64,000 bases of DNA from Octopus bimaculoides (Eukaryota). Each line of letters starts with the position of its first letter. Positions within the stretch are counted from its first letter, which is position 1. This document shows, in pieces, positions 40,786 to 50,659 of this stretch. A model generated the notes under the pieces. The model worked only from the letters and a program-made list of their open reading frames with translations, was not told where the DNA came from and did not search any database. Made by a program: the position numbers and the translations under genes. Location: NCBI RefSeq assembly GCF_001194135.2, contig NC_069004.1, forward strand, positions 31,922,193-31,986,192, read 5' to 3'.

Positions 40786-42095
40786 TCTCGCTCTCTCTCT
40801 CTCTTTATCCTCACCATCAGAACATCCCTCTGCTAAGATTATTATGCTCCCCCTACCTCACATCATGGATGCTTCTCTCTCTCATTTTTTTTCTCTCTCC
40901 GTCTTTTTCTCTTTCTCTCTTTCTCTCACTCTCTGCTTTATCCTCGTTTTCTTTCTCCTCTCTTTCCTTTCTGCTCACCATGACACACAAACACACATAC
41001 ATATACATATATACGACGGGCTTCTTTCAGTTTCCGTCTACCAAATTCACTCACAAGGCTTTGGTCGGCCCGAGGCTATAGTAGAAGATACTTGCCCAAG
41101 GTGCCACGCAGTGGGACTGAACCCGGAACCATGTGGTTGGTAAGCAAGCTACTTACCACACAGCCACTCCTGTGCCTACAGGAGTGTATACATATTTATG
41201 TATGAGTGTATGTGTATACATACACACACACACACACACACACACAGTGTGTTCAGACCCCACACTAATATAGATAACAATGTTCATACAAACACAACCA
41301 CAAATATCTCCTCTCCAAAATAGCACCCTTATTACCTGCAGTTCAACCCCTATCTCAGGTGTGTAAACGAGCTTCTCTGCTCTGGGGCCCCTTATATGAC
41401 TACATAACACCTGACTTGCTTTTTTTCTCTTTCTGTTGAGATGTTCTGTGTTCATACTGATGTTAACATTGATGATGATAATGATGGTGTATCTTAATTT
41501 CTTCTAATATTTCTCTGTTATTTTCCAGTATCACCACTCCCACCATGACCACCTCCTCCTACCAAATGGATACTAAATTATTACTCTTCCTACTTCTTTT
41601 AATACCCCCTGGTAAGTAATTAAACCGTTTTTTTTTTTCATAATTAATCCCAAACATATTCCAGCATTCACTAACAAAGTCACATGACTTCCTATTAGTT
41701 TTGTTTTTCTTTTTTTTTTTGATCTTGTGTTGTTTTTGTTGTTCTTTGCTTTTTGTTGCATATTTTGTTTGTTTACTTTGCATATTTTGTTTAGAATCTT
41801 CTGTCATCATTTTAGCTTATGTTATTTCTGCTGAACTTCTGCTGTTACATAACAAACTTTATGCAAACAAAACATCTCTCATATCATTCGCATGTGTACA
41901 TATAAATACAGACATTCCTTCACACACACACACACACACACACACACATGAATATATAGATACACCCACGCACACAAACATAGACACACATACATAAATA
42001 CATTATCAGCACAAGTGTACGTATATAAACACACAGTCGCATGTTTACCCACATACATAAAACAGAAATACACACATACATACAAATGCACCCAC

Positions 42096-42168
<73 letters not shown>

Positions 42169-42924
42169 CACACACACACACACAACACATTCTACACATC
42201 TTTATACACACTCTCAGTTTCACCATCACACACCATCGCACATCTGCAACAAGCTGCATGAAGTCCTCTACATCCACTGCTTCTCATTTCACTGTCCGCA
42301 TAAGCATCTTCTACACACCACATATATACACCTTTATATATACATACTGTTATACACGATCACACGTTTTATAAACTCTACATGTATACACCCTGCCATA
42401 CATATCACATATACACACCATATATACATTTATATATCATTACATAATATACACCCATTGCCTGTAGTCTTGTGTATATACACCATTAAATCTTCTTGAA
42501 GGGATGTTAACATTTCTTTTTCTTATACATACATACATACACACACACTACTGTACATCACATATTTTATACACACTACAAATATTATACACACTGCATG
42601 TAGTCCTCAACATTGACTGTCTGTCCACACAGTATTCCATGTTATACACCCACTGCTTGTTGTCCTCTATATACACTGGTCTATACATCCTCACACAATT
42701 TCTGTACGCAACATACAGGCTTCTACACACCTTGTTATCTATACCTATACGTCTCTATACACCCACACACATCTTCAATATACAACATAAATATATATAT
42801 ATATACATTGTCAATAATTCTTGAGCAAAGCACTTCATTTCACGTTGCCCTGCATTCACCTCAACATCTGACATGTGGTTACACCCTCCACCTGTTCAGG
42901 CAACACCGATTTGATGGACAGAGC

Positions 42925-42970
<46 letters not shown>

Positions 42971-43224
42971 CCCTCTGCATCCCACATCCGATCCGACACT
43001 CACTGCCTGTAATCCTGCGTATATATACGGCCCTGCACTGCTATATACACATCCTGACACAATTTCAATACGCAGCATACAGACCTCTACATCTTCCAGT
43101 AAGTCCCTATATACACGACTATACATTAGTTACTATACACCCGCCTCACACGCCTTCAATGCACCACATATATACACCTCTACTTCGTAAACTCACTACC
43201 TGCTATCCTATATATATATATATA

Positions 43225-43269
<45 letters not shown>

Positions 43270-43724
43270 CCATACTCTATCACAGATCTTCAATGCCCAG
43301 TATATCAACCTCTACATCTGTCTGCATTCGTCTATATACACTCACCCATGCTACGAATAATCGGCTACACTCACTGACATGTTTCCCTACAATACTATTA
43401 CATGACTATGTCTAATAAGTACTCTGTCTTGTCTTCTATATATGTAAGTATACACCACCTTACACAACCTTACACATCGTATAATCATATATATATATAT
43501 ATATATGTATATACACACGCATACATATATATATATATACATTCCTCTGGTCTACAATGTTCGTAGACAACTTTTGCTAATCGTACACTCGTCACAGTCT
43601 GCCACAGACGGGCATTATTGCTTCCATGTTATAGAATCTCTTTTCTAATTAACATTGGTGTAGACTTCTGGCAAGGGAGGGGGGGAGAATGTGTGTGTGT
43701 GTGTGTGTGTGTGTNNNNNNNNNN

Positions 43725-43786
<62 letters not shown>

Positions 43787-43917
43787 ATATCGAGATCAAG
43801 AGATGAAGCGAAGAGAAAAATAAGTCATAGACGAATACACAACCGTTGAATGTAGCTTGTTAAGATTTTTGACTGATGCTTGTGTGTCTATGTGTGTATT
43901 TATATATGTATATATAG

Positions 43918-43953
<36 letters not shown>

Positions 43954-44383
43954 ATGGATATGCATGAATGATTGTATTTGAGCTAACATACAAAATATAG
44001 ATGCATGTTTACATAGATACACACATGTATATGCATGCATAGGTGCACGTATGCATACTTACACATACATACGTGCACATGTATACATACATACACACAC
44101 TAACGCACCTCTATACGCGCATATTTCTATTTCTTCCCAGTCGGTTGGGGTGTGGCCTACCCCAAACTTGTTACCCACCCCTGCTGGGACTCCTGATAGT
44201 GTGTTGTTAGTAAACACTAATAACTGGCTGATTGCCCATTCACCAAAGCACTTCACTGTTTTGTCCCGTTCGCGTCCTCCCCGTACAATCTCTCTCTCTC
44301 TCCATCTCTCTCTCTTTCTCTCCCTTCGTCTCTCTTTCTTTCTCTTTCCCCTCGTCTCTCTCGCTTTCCCTTCGTCTTTCTCT

Positions 44384-44434
<51 letters not shown>

Positions 44435-47400
44435 CCTTCGTCTCTCTCTGTCTCTTTCTCTATTCCTTTGTCTTTCTCTCCCCTCCTCTCTCCTGACTTC
44501 TTTGCTCCTCTCAAACCTACTCATCTCTCTCTCTCTCCCTCGCCAGAAACTTCTCTAACCACCACACCCATTCCTTCTTCCCCACACCATTATCCCTCCA
44601 GAATTCTGCTTCCCTACTCATCTACATTCCCCCCCCTCCCACAAAGGCTTAAACTGAACACCATCAATACAAACTCCAGCAGTTCTGATTGTGTTGAGGA
44701 CGAGGAGGCAAGATTGCAACAAGCCACAGGAGCAGACACAACTGTGAATCCACTTCCTAACCATATGGCTCTAGGTTCAATTCCACCATGTGGCATCTTG
44801 GATAAGTGTCTTCAGGTCTCATGTCATGTTGACCGATTCTTTAGTATTTGGAAAAAGTTTGTAAAAAGTGTGGGTATGTGCGTGTGAGTTAAGAATCTCA
44901 CTCTCTGACCGCATGGTTTCAGGTTCAGTCCCACAGCATGGCACCTCAGGTAAGGGTCATTTACTAGAGCTCCAAGCCAATGAATGCTTTGCAAGTGAAT
45001 TTGAGAATTTGGTAGACGGAAACTGTGTGGAAGCCTGTTGTGTGTGCGTATGTATGTAGGTGTGGCACTTGTCTAAGGTATCACACAGTAGGGCTGAACC
45101 TGGAACCATGTGGTTAGGAAGCAATCTTCTTACCACAGCCATGCCTACAGCTCAAGAAAAACGAAAACTCTCTCTTTGTGCCGTCCTGAGTGTCATGTGA
45201 CTTTCTTTTCTCAATTTCTTATAATTATTTATATGGATTTTTTTTTTCTTTTTTCAGTGCTGTCAGTTGTGATGACATGGGGTCCTTGGGGATCTCTTTC
45301 TGGCTGCTCGAAGACTTGTGGATTTGGCACTGAAGAAAGGACACGCTATGTTGTCGTCGACGGCAGGGAGGACGAGGAGAAAAAAGAAACTCAAATATCT
45401 CAATGTTATCTTACACACTGTCCTGGTTAGTAACTCCTCTTTTGTTACACTACCAACATATCTCTACCATGCATCACCATCCCTCTATGCCTTAGGTCAC
45501 CATCTCTGTTCATTTTAACCAAATGTCCCTCTCTGAATTATGCCACCACCTCTGTCCCTTTTAACCAAATGTCCCCCTTTGCTTTATATCACCACCTTTG
45601 TCCCCTTTTTAACCCTTTAGCATTCAGATCATGCCGTCAATGTTTATTTATTCACATTGTTTTGAATTAATCTCGTATTATCTTGTAGCTTTGAGATATC
45701 AACGATGTAGTTGTCTATTTTAAGAATGACATTGCAAGGTAGGTGTGAGAGGCCAGATCTGGCCAGTTTGAACATAAAGCAGGTAGAATATTTTGGGCCG
45801 GATATGGCTGGTTTAAACACTAAAGGGTTAACCAATACCCCTCTCTGAATTATATCACCATCTCGGTCCCTTTTAGCCAATATCCTCTTTGCCTTATATC
45901 CCTATCTCTGCAACACACTACTAGATAACTACCATTAACCCTAATGGGCATCGTGTTGTGCAATGGAGAGGACATGTCCTCTAGTGGGGACCATGGAGTA
46001 TAGTGAGAAGGGCATTTGGGAAAACATGTAGCTGTCATATAGTGTAATATAATGGGACATGATACTGATATGTGAGATGAACAATAACATGTTCTATGTT
46101 ACCCTAGGTTAACTAATATACCTACTTCTTCTATAAACTGGCCCTCCTTTGGTTATGACGACGAGGGTTCCACTTGATTTGATCCATGGAACAACTTGCT
46201 TGTAAACTCAATGTGCAAGTGGTCGAGCACTTCACAAACATGCATACCCTTAATGTAATTCTCAGGGGGATTCTGCATGACACAGAACATGACAAAGCTG
46301 ACCCCTTTGTAATTACAGGTACAAATCATTTTTGCCAGATGAGTGGACTGGAGTAACAAGAAATAAAGTGTCTTGTTCAAGGACTCAGCACTGACAGGAA
46401 TTGAACTCATGGCTTTATGCTTGTATACCAAATATCTTAACCACTAAGCCACACACCTTCACTACCTCTTCTATAATATTATTCTAGGTTAACAAGTGAC
46501 ATCTCATTAGTTAACCTAGGATAACACTGTAGAACAGTTAGAAATGTCATAACGTCTCTATTATCCTAGGTTAAACAGGGTTTATAATTGCCTTTATATT
46601 GTTAACCCTAATTTAACTATAGATTTTCATGTGAAATATTTCATTCCTAAACTCATTTCTTGTGTCATCCGAGGTTAACATTAAAAAACAGATATGTTAT
46701 AACCTTTCTATTGTTAACCTAGGTTAATGAATGTGACAACTTCCCATCTCCCATCGCATAGCAACAACTATAGCTACATATATTTCAATAATAATGATAA
46801 TAATAATAATAATAATGATAATAAATCTCTTTATGACTGTTTTCATATTCCAAAATATAATACTTGTGACATTTGTTAATATCCAGTGAACGAGATTACA
46901 GATGATGCCAAAACGGCAAATAAAATAAATAAATTGGTTAATTACCTGAGAATTTCTCAGAGATTTGTGTTCAGGTGTGAAAGGATAATGATTCTACTTA
47001 TGGTATTTCTTGAAACCTGAGAAGAAATTCCTGTAATTGATAAAAGAAATTATTTCGGTAGCTCAGGTGCAAGGCAGCAAAATCTCGCTATTAATTGCAA
47101 CAGCACTAACAGAGTAAGTTTTTTGTTCTGTTTTTTGTTTTCTTTATATGTATATGTTCTTAGATTTTTTTGATTTTTTTTTTTTGTTTGGTATTTTGAT
47201 AAATTTGAGAATTTTTACATCTTTAAAAGCTTCTCAAAATCCACAATCTCAGATTTGCGTACTGTTTATTATCTCTGCACTCAATTTGACAGTTAAAGGC
47301 AAGGAAATGATGGCTTAAGATTGTAAAGAAGAGGAGAAAATTAATTGAAGCCATCATCATCATCATTAAATGTCTGTCTTCTGTGCTGGCATGGGTAGGA

Positions 47401-50400
47401 TGGATTCATAGGAACTGGCAGTCGTCAAGTAACTGCACAGAGTTCTGCTGTCTGCTTTGGCATGGTTTCTATGGTTGGATACTCTTCCTAACACCAACCA
47501 TTTCACAGTGTGTGCTGGGTGCTTTTTATGGGGCACCAAGTAACTTGTGAGACAAGGATCCCCTCAACTGAGAGGGGGAGTAGTATTGAGGGGGGTCGTG
47601 CCAGGTAATGAAAAATAGATGATAAAAGGGATGGAAAAAAGTGTCTTATTATAGAGAAGATACATGGCAACCCCAGTCAGAGAGAGAGGAGTGTTTAACA
47701 GAAAGTTTGTTCATTTTGTGTTTTAATATTTAATGGGCTGGCTGTTGTGTTTTAATGGGCTGGCTTTTGTATTTTAATGGGTTGACATTTGTATTTAATG
47801 ATTTAAAGTATTGGCATCATCTGCATTGTCTGGCGATGAACGAAAGTCAGGAAAAAACTCCATCTTTGGTGGAGAAATCTTCTATTTTCAACTTGATTTC
47901 CTTCATCGATGCTTTGGCACATTACACAAAGACACTCAGGTATCAACTGATGATGGTCATATGCATGTACAATTTTTGAAGCATCAAATGATGACATCTG
48001 CTGTTTTAAGGGTTAAGGTAGCTGTGAAGCTGTCACTTGGGTGCAGATTTTAGGTGCAGGTGTGGCTGTGTGGTAAGAAGTTTGCTTTCCAACCTCATGG
48101 TTCTGAGTTCAGCTCCACTGTGTGCCGCCTTGGGCAAATGTTTTCTACTATAGCCTCAGGCTGACCAAAGCTTTGTGAGTGGATTTGGTAGATGGAAACT
48201 GAAAGAAGCCCATCATATATACATGTGTGTGTGTGAGTGTAAAGATAAGATCCAAGGATCAAAGTGTAGAAAGTTAGTAAGCTTCAAGCAATCCATAGAA
48301 GATATGAAAAAACAACTTTCAGGAAAAATAGTGGTTTATTGGAGCAGAAGGTTGTGAATTTTTCCTGTATTGAGGTTTGTAAACTTGATGTAATCAAAGA
48401 ATCCTTGGTCTGAAGAATAGTCACAGTCTACTTTCATTTGGATAATTACTACTTCCGAGGTTCTGCTAGCTATGAAACATTTGTAGCCTGGATTTTTATC
48501 TACTCCATTCCCTAATTCTTGGATATATATGTGCGTGTGAGTGTCTTGTGTGTCCCCGACTAGCACTTGACAACTGGTGTTGGTGTGTTTACATCCCCAT
48601 ATCACTAGAGGCTGATAGGAAAAGGACCAAGCTTAAAAAAATTAAGTACCTGTTTGACTAAAACGTTTCAAGGCAGAGCCCCAGCATGGCCACAATCTTA
48701 TGACAAACAATTACAAAAAGCATAAAAGAATAATTCACTGAATTAACCCATTCCTTTAATAATGTTTTCTTTTTTTATATATGTATATATATTCCCACAG
48801 TTGATGGCAATTGGACTTTATGGAGTGGATGGTCAGTATGTACCAAGAACTGTGGTCCAGTCGGTGTCCAGAAACGAGTAAGGCTCTGTTCCGCACCATA
48901 TCCTAGCTATGAAGGTAAAGATTGTACGGGACCTTCATCAGAAACTAAACCCTGTGAAAATGAACCATGTCCCAGTAAGTTGACAAAGAATTCTAAACCG
49001 TTTTCAGCGTTTTCTTTCACTTTTTCCTTTTTTTAATTTCTCACTGCCCTTTTTTCTGCTGATATCAGATGATGGGGCAAGGCACTGAGTTGGGGAAATT
49101 TTCAGCTAGCTCCTTACGATGTACTTGGTTGCATTTCATTCATCTGTCTTTACGTTCTGAGTTCAAATTCTGCCGAGGTCGACTTTGCCTTTTATCCCTT
49201 CGGGGTCGATTAAACAAGTACCAGTTAAGTGCTGGGGTCAGTGTAATCTACTAGCTCCCTCCCTTCAAATTTCAGGCTTTGTGACTATAGAAGAAAGGAT
49301 TATCATCATCATCAAGGCAGCAAGCTGGGTGAAATGCTTAGACATTTCGTCTATCTTTATATTCTGAGTTCAAATTCCACTAAAATCAACTTTGGCTTTC
49401 ATCCTTTTTTGAGGTTGATAGATTAAGTACNNNNNNNNNNNNNNNNNNNNNNNNNNNNNNNNNNNNNNNNNNNNNNNNNNNNNNNNNNNNNNNNNNNNNN
49501 NNNNNNNNNNNNNNNNNNNNNNNNNNNNNNNNNNNNNNNNNNNNNNNNNNNNNNNNNNNNNNNNNNNNNNNNNNNNNNNNNNNNNNNNNNNNNNNNNNNN
49601 NNNNNNNNNNNNNNNNNNNNNNNNNNNNNNNNNNNNNNNNNNNNNNNNNNCTGAGGTCAGTTTTGCCTTTCATATTTTCAGGGTCGATAAATTAAGCACC
49701 AGTGAAATACTGTGACTTACCCCCTCTCCATAAATTTCAGGCCTTGTGCCTATCATAGCAAAGATTATTATTATTACTACTACTACTACATAAAGTGGGG
49801 AGCTGGCAGAATTGTTAGCACGCTAGATGAAATGCCTGGTGGTATTTTGTCTGCCATTATGTTCTGAGTTCAAACTCTGCTGAGGTCAGTTTTGCCTTTC
49901 ATATTTTCAGGGTCGATAAATTAAGTACCAGTGAAACACTGGGGTTGATGTAATCGACTGCCCCCCCTTCCCCAAAATCTGAGGCCTTGTCCCTTTACTA
50001 GAAATGATTAGTATTATCTAACCTGTAACCATCCTTACCAGCAACATGATTGTTGCTGTTGTCTTCAAAGCCATCCTCACTTATCATTGTTATTATCGTG
50101 AGAACCATCATCATCATGATCATTACCATCACTAAACCAACCTCCACCACCACAACCTTTCACTGCCACCACCATCCTTTTTCCAAGATCTAAAAACTCC
50201 CACCCATTCAAATACTTACCTTCTTTTCTTCTTCTTTGTTTCGTTTTCCAGAAATTCCTCCAGACTTTGACATCAGTGTGTGTAAAAAAGAAAATAAAAG
50301 TATATTTATATGTAAGAGTGAGACTCATTGTATTCCGATGACAGAACGGTGTGATAAAAAACTACATTGCAACGATGGAAGCGATGAACTCAGGTGTTGG

Positions 50401-50484
50401 TTAAAATCTCAAAGTGGTAAGATTCCTGCAAGTCTTTGCACTTTGCTTCTTCTTTCTGCAGCCTTATTTTCTCTTTGTTTATGA
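2458..50484 (+). CDS. Spliced gene model, 209 aa: signal peptide + 2x thrombospondin type-1 repeat + LDL-receptor class A + GPI-like C-terminal signal (join 2458-2459, 4213-4265, 45258-45425, 48801-48974, 50252-50484)
   Basis: All junctions are GT-AG and phase-compatible (2,1,1,1); the total of 630 nt is divisible by 3 and ends in TGA. Translation: [42 protein letters not shown]...[26 protein letters not shown]...[84 protein letters not shown]. Linking the 5' exons across the 41-kb intron is inferred, and extra exons could hide in the intron or gaps. Confidence 0.6.
4213..4265 (+). CDS. Signal-peptide exon ([17 protein letters not shown])
   Basis: Acceptor ctattctttgcag| and donor TG|gtaagc; 53 nt (1+51+1); hydrophobic open frame. 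Confidence 0.55.
5421..5535 (+). mobile_element. Penelope-like terminal fragment with degenerate hammerhead
   Basis: CTGATGA (5427-33), A, GGCTG..CAGAC (4/5 paired), then GAAACG; the cleavage-site region is altered. Family assignment is from motif pattern only. Confidence 0.5.
11323..11558 (+). mobile_element. SINE family B (AAGGCGGCGAGCTGGCAGAA...GAGTTCAAAT...GTCGACTTTGCCTTTCATCCTTT...)
   Basis: B-box-like GAGTTCAAATT and a conserved central block. More than 20 copies, e.g. 24510-24720, 33208-33445(-), 38960-39165, 49080-50010, 53355-54600, 58060-59210(-), 60480-62160. Confidence 0.85.
14100..14370 (+). mobile_element. Mariner transposase 5' fragment (N-terminal HTH), frameshifted pseudogene
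   Basis: ATG at 14181; [63 protein letters not shown] matches the mariner/Mos1-type HTH pattern (..WF.KF..G...LEDE.R.G); truncated by (CA)n. Confidence 0.85.
14412..14583. repeat. Nested foldback element with hammerhead-like scaffold
   Basis: Outer IR TTTTTATTAAAGCTACAAAAACA; middle IR TGTGACTCGGAGTTTCAC / GTGAAACTCTGAGTAACA; inner hairpin AAGACTGGAATA-AAATC-TATTCCGGTCTT. Confidence 0.85.
15867..16453. mobile_element. MITE family 1 copy split by a SINE A insertion (15932-16342)
   Basis: The left half ends [13 protein letters not shown] the right half resumes tataacaaagaatttagtaaa, collinear with 40261-40482. Confidence 0.85.
15932..16342 (+). mobile_element. SINE family A (tRNA-like head + CORE-like block + (TA)/(TG) linker + long tail), near full length
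   Basis: GGCGCAGGAGTGGCTGTGTGGTAAG...GTTCAGTCC (A/B-box-like), then GTGGCACCTTGGGCAAGTGTCTT. At least 15 other copies or fragments, e.g. 222-363, 1453-1585, 3531-3880, 22745-22915, 34380-34750, 37380-37700(-), 41013-41177(-), 48052-48215. Confidence 0.85.
16966..17132 (+). mobile_element. Retroposon family C (ends GGACGTTAAACGATGATGATG), 5'-truncated, nested in SINE A
   Basis: AAGGC TSD at 16961-65 and 17133-37; nearly identical to 39915-40060. Other copies at 1595-1670(-), 4680-5030(-), 23175-23350(-), 26740-27165, 30680-30960, 47360-47560(-). Confidence 0.85.
17482..17625 (-). CDS. Candidate antisense exon ([47 protein letters not shown])
   Basis: Minus-strand acceptor ggcttttcag| and donor CA|gtgagt; 144 nt, symmetric phase 2-2; only one frame is open. 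No domain recognised. Confidence 0.3.
19739..20248 (+). mobile_element. piggyBac-like element 5' end with acidic transposase N-terminal remnant
   Basis: TTAA (19735-38) followed by CCCGGCTGTAGCCGGC, repeated at about 19780; ORF 19988-20248 ([14 protein letters not shown]...[15 protein letters not shown]). No 3' TIR found. Confidence 0.55.
20249..21113 (+). repeat. 343-bp direct repeat pair (20249-20591 and 20771-21113)
   Basis: The copies are near-identical by eye, with a 179-bp spacer. Confidence 0.9.
21143..21464 (+). mobile_element. Non-autonomous Tc1-like element
   Basis: Perfect 29-bp TIRs CAGGGGTTGGACAAAATAATGGAAACACC; TA on both flanks; internal remnant [50 protein letters not shown] is typical of a Tc1 transposase C-terminus. 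Confidence 0.93.
24721..25075 (-). pseudogene. Decayed non-LTR retrotransposon RT C-terminal region (CR1/L2/Jockey-like)
   Basis: Minus-strand fragments FRVRKYFNP and [12 protein letters not shown] resemble the FR.RKYF.P and RP.LEYCSH.W motifs; multiple stops and frameshifts. Confidence 0.55.
25100..26260. repeat. Degenerate TGTCATCA/ACTTT satellite-like tract
   Basis: Dozens of tgtcatca(t/c)aactt variants over about 1.1 kb. Confidence 0.85.
26440..26730. repeat. Degenerate ~19-bp minisatellite (GACTCTCGAYGGGCTCGCA)
   Basis: Repeated ctctcga/gggct motifs; GC-richer than its flanks. Confidence 0.75.
28466..28837 (-). mobile_element. tRNA-derived SINE family D, head type 2, young copy
   Basis: Minus strand GGAGGCGCAATGGCCCAGTGGTTAGGG (A box)...GTTTCGATTCC (B box); tail contains GTTGATCGGATCAAC. 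Similar copy at 57311-57596. Confidence 0.85.
31159..31230. repeat. 18-bp tandem repeat, about 4 copies (CCACCAAACGACCCTTCC)
   Basis: Directly visible; explains the WWGRVV and PPNDPS ORFs. Confidence 0.9.
31790..32110. repeat. TTGGTCAGTCATTCAGTTGGTTAACT minisatellite
   Basis: More than 10 degenerate units. Confidence 0.85.
33208..33445 (-). mobile_element. SINE B nested in a SINE A copy
   Basis: Flanked by ttctttcagtttcc (33195-33208) and ttcttcagtttcc (33446-33458), a TSD of about 13 bp within SINE A sequence. Confidence 0.8.
37045..37360 (+). mobile_element. tRNA-derived SINE family D, head type 1 (CORE-like GTGTCCTTGAGCAAGACACTT)
   Basis: Same tail as 28466-28837 but a different head and body. 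Other copies at 7650-7945(-), 46155-46460(-), 54720-55040(-); the head also occurs at 10600-10790(-) and 13095-13290 with other 3' ends. Confidence 0.8.
37780..37940 (-). mobile_element. RTE-like LINE 3' end, 5'-truncated
   Basis: Minus-strand ...[19 protein letters not shown] resembles the RTE C-terminus (W...V.GLCS.RS); perfect stem-loop TGCTCC-TTAA-GGAGCA at 37795-37810. Confidence 0.55.
37963..38280. repeat. 46-bp minisatellite x7 derived from family C
   Basis: Units start at 37963, 38009, 38055, 38101, 38147, 38193 and 38239: TGGTTTCTACAGCCGGATGGCCCTTCCTAGCACCAATAGTTTGACC. Confidence 0.95.
39181..39535 (+). mobile_element. Helentron-associated non-autonomous element (HINE/DINE-1-like)
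   Basis: 5' degenerate palindrome TTGCTAAGGCAGAG, then GTTTGTTTGTTTGTC microsatellite; 3' subterminal CCTTGGCGGAG followed by hairpin GCACT-CTCTA-AGTGC; T-rich flanks. Confidence 0.7.
39820..40062 (+). mobile_element. Retroposon family C, longer young copy with 5' repeat modules
   Basis: CACGTAAAAGCACC modules followed by GAGTGGTTGGCGTTAGGAAGGGCATCCAGCTGTAGAAAC and a (GAT)n tail. Confidence 0.8.
40261..40482. mobile_element. piggyBac-like MITE (family 1), full length
   Basis: TTAA on both sides; imperfect TIR CCCTTTTCTTACT / CCCTTTCGTTACC. Related fragments lie at about 3355-3490, 8580-8880 and 15867-16453. Confidence 0.85.
41013..41177 (-). mobile_element. SINE family A head, low-divergence copy
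   Basis: Near-identical reverse complement of 15932-16095. Confidence 0.85.
45258..45425 (+). CDS. TSP1 repeat exon (4-Cys variant)
   Basis: Polypyrimidine acceptor ttttcttttttcag| and donor G|gttagt; 168 nt, phase 1-1; [19 protein letters not shown]....CP motif. Confidence 0.92.
45613..45827. mobile_element. piggyBac-like MITE (family 2) inserted in a 46-bp minisatellite
   Basis: TTAA TSD at 45609-12 and 45828-31; TIR CCCTTTAGCATT / CCCTTTAGTGTT. Confidence 0.85.
46084..46727. repeat. Degenerate array of the palindrome TTAACCTAGGTTAA, interrupted by SINE D
   Basis: Seven variants near 46101, 46483, 46510, 46561, 46601, 46667 and 46714 (the last is a perfect 14-bp palindrome). Confidence 0.7.
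48801..48974 (+). CDS. TSP1 repeat exon (canonical 6-Cys); missed by the ORF track
   Basis: Acceptor attcccacag| and donor A|gtaagt; 174 nt, phase 1-1; (V)[57 protein letters not shown]. Confidence 0.95.
50252..50484 (+). CDS. LDLa domain exon continuing into a hydrophobic C-terminal tail and stop
   Basis: Acceptor tttgtttcgttttccag|; six Cys with the DGSDE calcium-binding motif; an internal G|gtaag at 50416/50417 is read through in frame to TGA at 50482-50484. Confidence 0.9.
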
Positions 50485-50659
50485 TTGTTATTATGATTGG
50501 TGACATGCAAGGGAGGATCTGTTTCACCCACCTAGGCATGGCAAAATATTTGTTGAAATTCGTGTGTGTTCAAATATACATACATATATATGTATATATG
50601 GAGTCAACTTGCCATATAACAGCTGTTTGGAAATCTGTTGTCATACATATATATAAAAA

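Noticed and set aside
47066-47118. Strong donor ACAGA|GTAAGT between the TSP1 exons
   Set aside because: The phase-1 frame needed to fit the gene contains TAA immediately upstream.
49651-49930. Near-identical SINE B segments next to a gap as an assembly duplication
   Set aside because: The copies differ at two or more positions and have different flanks, so a real tandem SINE pair fits equally well; undecidable without reads.
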